A stretch of 64,000 bases of DNA from a virus (taxonomy: Duplodnaviria; Heunggongvirae; Uroviricota; Caudoviricetes): IMG/VR virus record IMGVR_UViG_3300027977_000006. The stretch is one strand, 5' to 3'. Each line of letters begins with the position of its first letter. Positions within the stretch are counted from its first letter, which is position 1. Below the pieces are notes generated by a model that worked only from the letters and a program-made list of their open reading frames with translations, ran no database searches and was not told where the DNA came from. Made by a program: the position numbers and the translations under genes. Below, in pieces: positions 63,160 through 64,000 of the stretch.

Positions 63160-63468
63160 TTAGCACATATTCTCAATTTCGTCTTGGAATAAGAAAATTC
63201 GTTCCTGATACCACAAAACATTTTCATAGTTCTGTTTTTCGTTTTCAGTAAAGTTTTTTACAAGTAGTTCAACTCGTTTCTTTTGTCCCCCATCTCGTTT
63301 ACCAAAAACGTCCTTATGCCAAAAATTCATATAGCAAAAAGCATATCCTATTTCAGCCAGCATTTTTTGCCTCAAGTCTTTGGTGTTTTGTGGTAAATGT
63401 TCATAGGTTTTCGGGTCATCTAAATCAACCTCAAAATCCCCAAATGGTCTGCATACAAATTTTCTCAT
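63160..63468 (-). CDS. hypothetical protein (102 aa)
   Basis: ORF. Confidence 0.5.
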   Translation of the reverse strand: MRKFVCRPFGDFEVDLDDPKTYEHLPQNTKDLRQKMLAEIGYAFCYMNFWHKDVFGKRDGGQKKRVELLVKNFTENEKQNYENVLWYQERIFLFQDEIENMC

Positions 63469-63586
63469 TTTATTATATTTTAATTTTGTTAATCCACGCT
63501 AAACTACTACTGCTAACACCACCTATACGCAAGTTTTGTGAAAAACAAAACCTGACGTATAGCTGTAACCGTTAGGTTCAATTAAA

Positions 63587-63868
63587 TTATTGTTTTGGTT
63601 TATCAGGTAAAAAATATTCACCATCAAAATCAACTGGTTCTTTAAATTTACTCATTAAATCCTTTACCGCTTGTTTTGTTTCATCCTTTTTCCAAAATTC
63701 CCACCATTTTTTACGTGGTTTAACTGGTATCGTAAATTTCATACGGACTTTATTATCACCAATAATATTCCAATTTATATCTTCCATATTTTTTATTTTT
63801 AATTTGTAAAACAATAATTTAACAAAACCTAACAAATGATAAACAACATTAAAACGATTGTTTATCAT
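63587..63868 (-). CDS. hypothetical protein (93 aa)
   Basis: ORF. Confidence 0.5.
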   Translation of the reverse strand: MINNRFNVVYHLLGFVKLLFYKLKIKNMEDINWNIIGDNKVRMKFTIPVKPRKKWWEFWKKDETKQAVKDLMSKFKEPVDFDGEYFLPDKPKQ

Positions 63869-64000
63869 TAGACGTTATGCTCCATGCCTTAGTTCAGTTC
63901 TTCGATTTGAGTTTTGTGATGAAAAACAAAAAGAATTTTACCAACACACTAAAAAATTAACCATAAAAATTAGCTATACTTTTAAAACTAACTTGTTTAT

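Overview
AT-rich (~30% GC) double-stranded DNA that looks like the early / accessory-gene region of a large Bacteroidetes phage, with a Flavobacterium- or Cellulophaga-phage style. The best evidence is more than 40 copies of one conserved intergenic element. On the coding strand it reads AAATTTGG(N~19)TATCTTTGCAG, which matches the Bacteroidetes sigma-A promoter consensus (-33 TTTG, -7 TAnnTTTG). Copies sit upstream of almost every short leftward (minus-strand) gene, and a handful of rightward genes carry the same element in the opposite orientation. I see no SD-type ribosome-binding sites, no rRNA and no CRISPR array. The window holds about 110 mostly small genes, and several GC-clamped hairpin plus T-run terminators.

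Recognisable proteins:
- A ClpC-like AAA+ chaperone whose Walker-A P-loop (GEPGVGK|T) is interrupted by an intein. The intein is itself divided by a stop codon and a frame change into a 30-aa N piece and a 134-aa C piece. This looks like an atypical naturally split intein, or a recently broken mini-intein.
- Thioredoxin (WCGPC).
- An LpxH-like metallophosphoesterase next to a GT2 glycosyltransferase, and a separate GT9-like glycosyltransferase.
- An LRR protein, a Pol-beta-type nucleotidyltransferase, a DUF932 protein, a SprT-like protease and other HExxH proteins.
- A GH73-type glucosaminidase, an SPFH lipoprotein, a GP88-like protein and a tyrosine integrase.
- A cytosine-C5 methyltransferase-like protein with a degenerate motif I.
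- An ABC-ATPase/GNAT fusion broken at a T9 homopolymer.
- Three paralogous free-standing Zn-ribbon/HNH endonuclease genes transcribed against the local gene flow. One sits exactly between a gene and a duplicated fragment of that gene.

Non-coding highlights:
- A GC-rich, ORF-free, promoter-driven structured-RNA locus at 36.2-36.9 kb, with G-U-wobble hairpins that only work in the minus-strand transcript.
- A 1.1-kb ORF-poor hub at 49.6-50.7 kb with three tandem rightward promoters.
- A pair of homologous promoter-proximal candidate sRNAs on opposite strands (26.5 kb and 49.7 kb).
- A 72-nt tRNA-like element with an intact acceptor stem and T-arm but a non-canonical anticodon region.
- A thrice-repeated 18-20 bp perfect palindrome, TGTACACAAATGTGTACA.
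- A candidate replication / regulatory region with a 3 x ~60-bp tandem iteron-like repeat, a G-tract cluster, and inverted pairs of perfect DnaA boxes (TTATCCACA).
- A tandem triplicated gene family.

All coordinates are read by eye from the printed sequence and may be off by a base or two.
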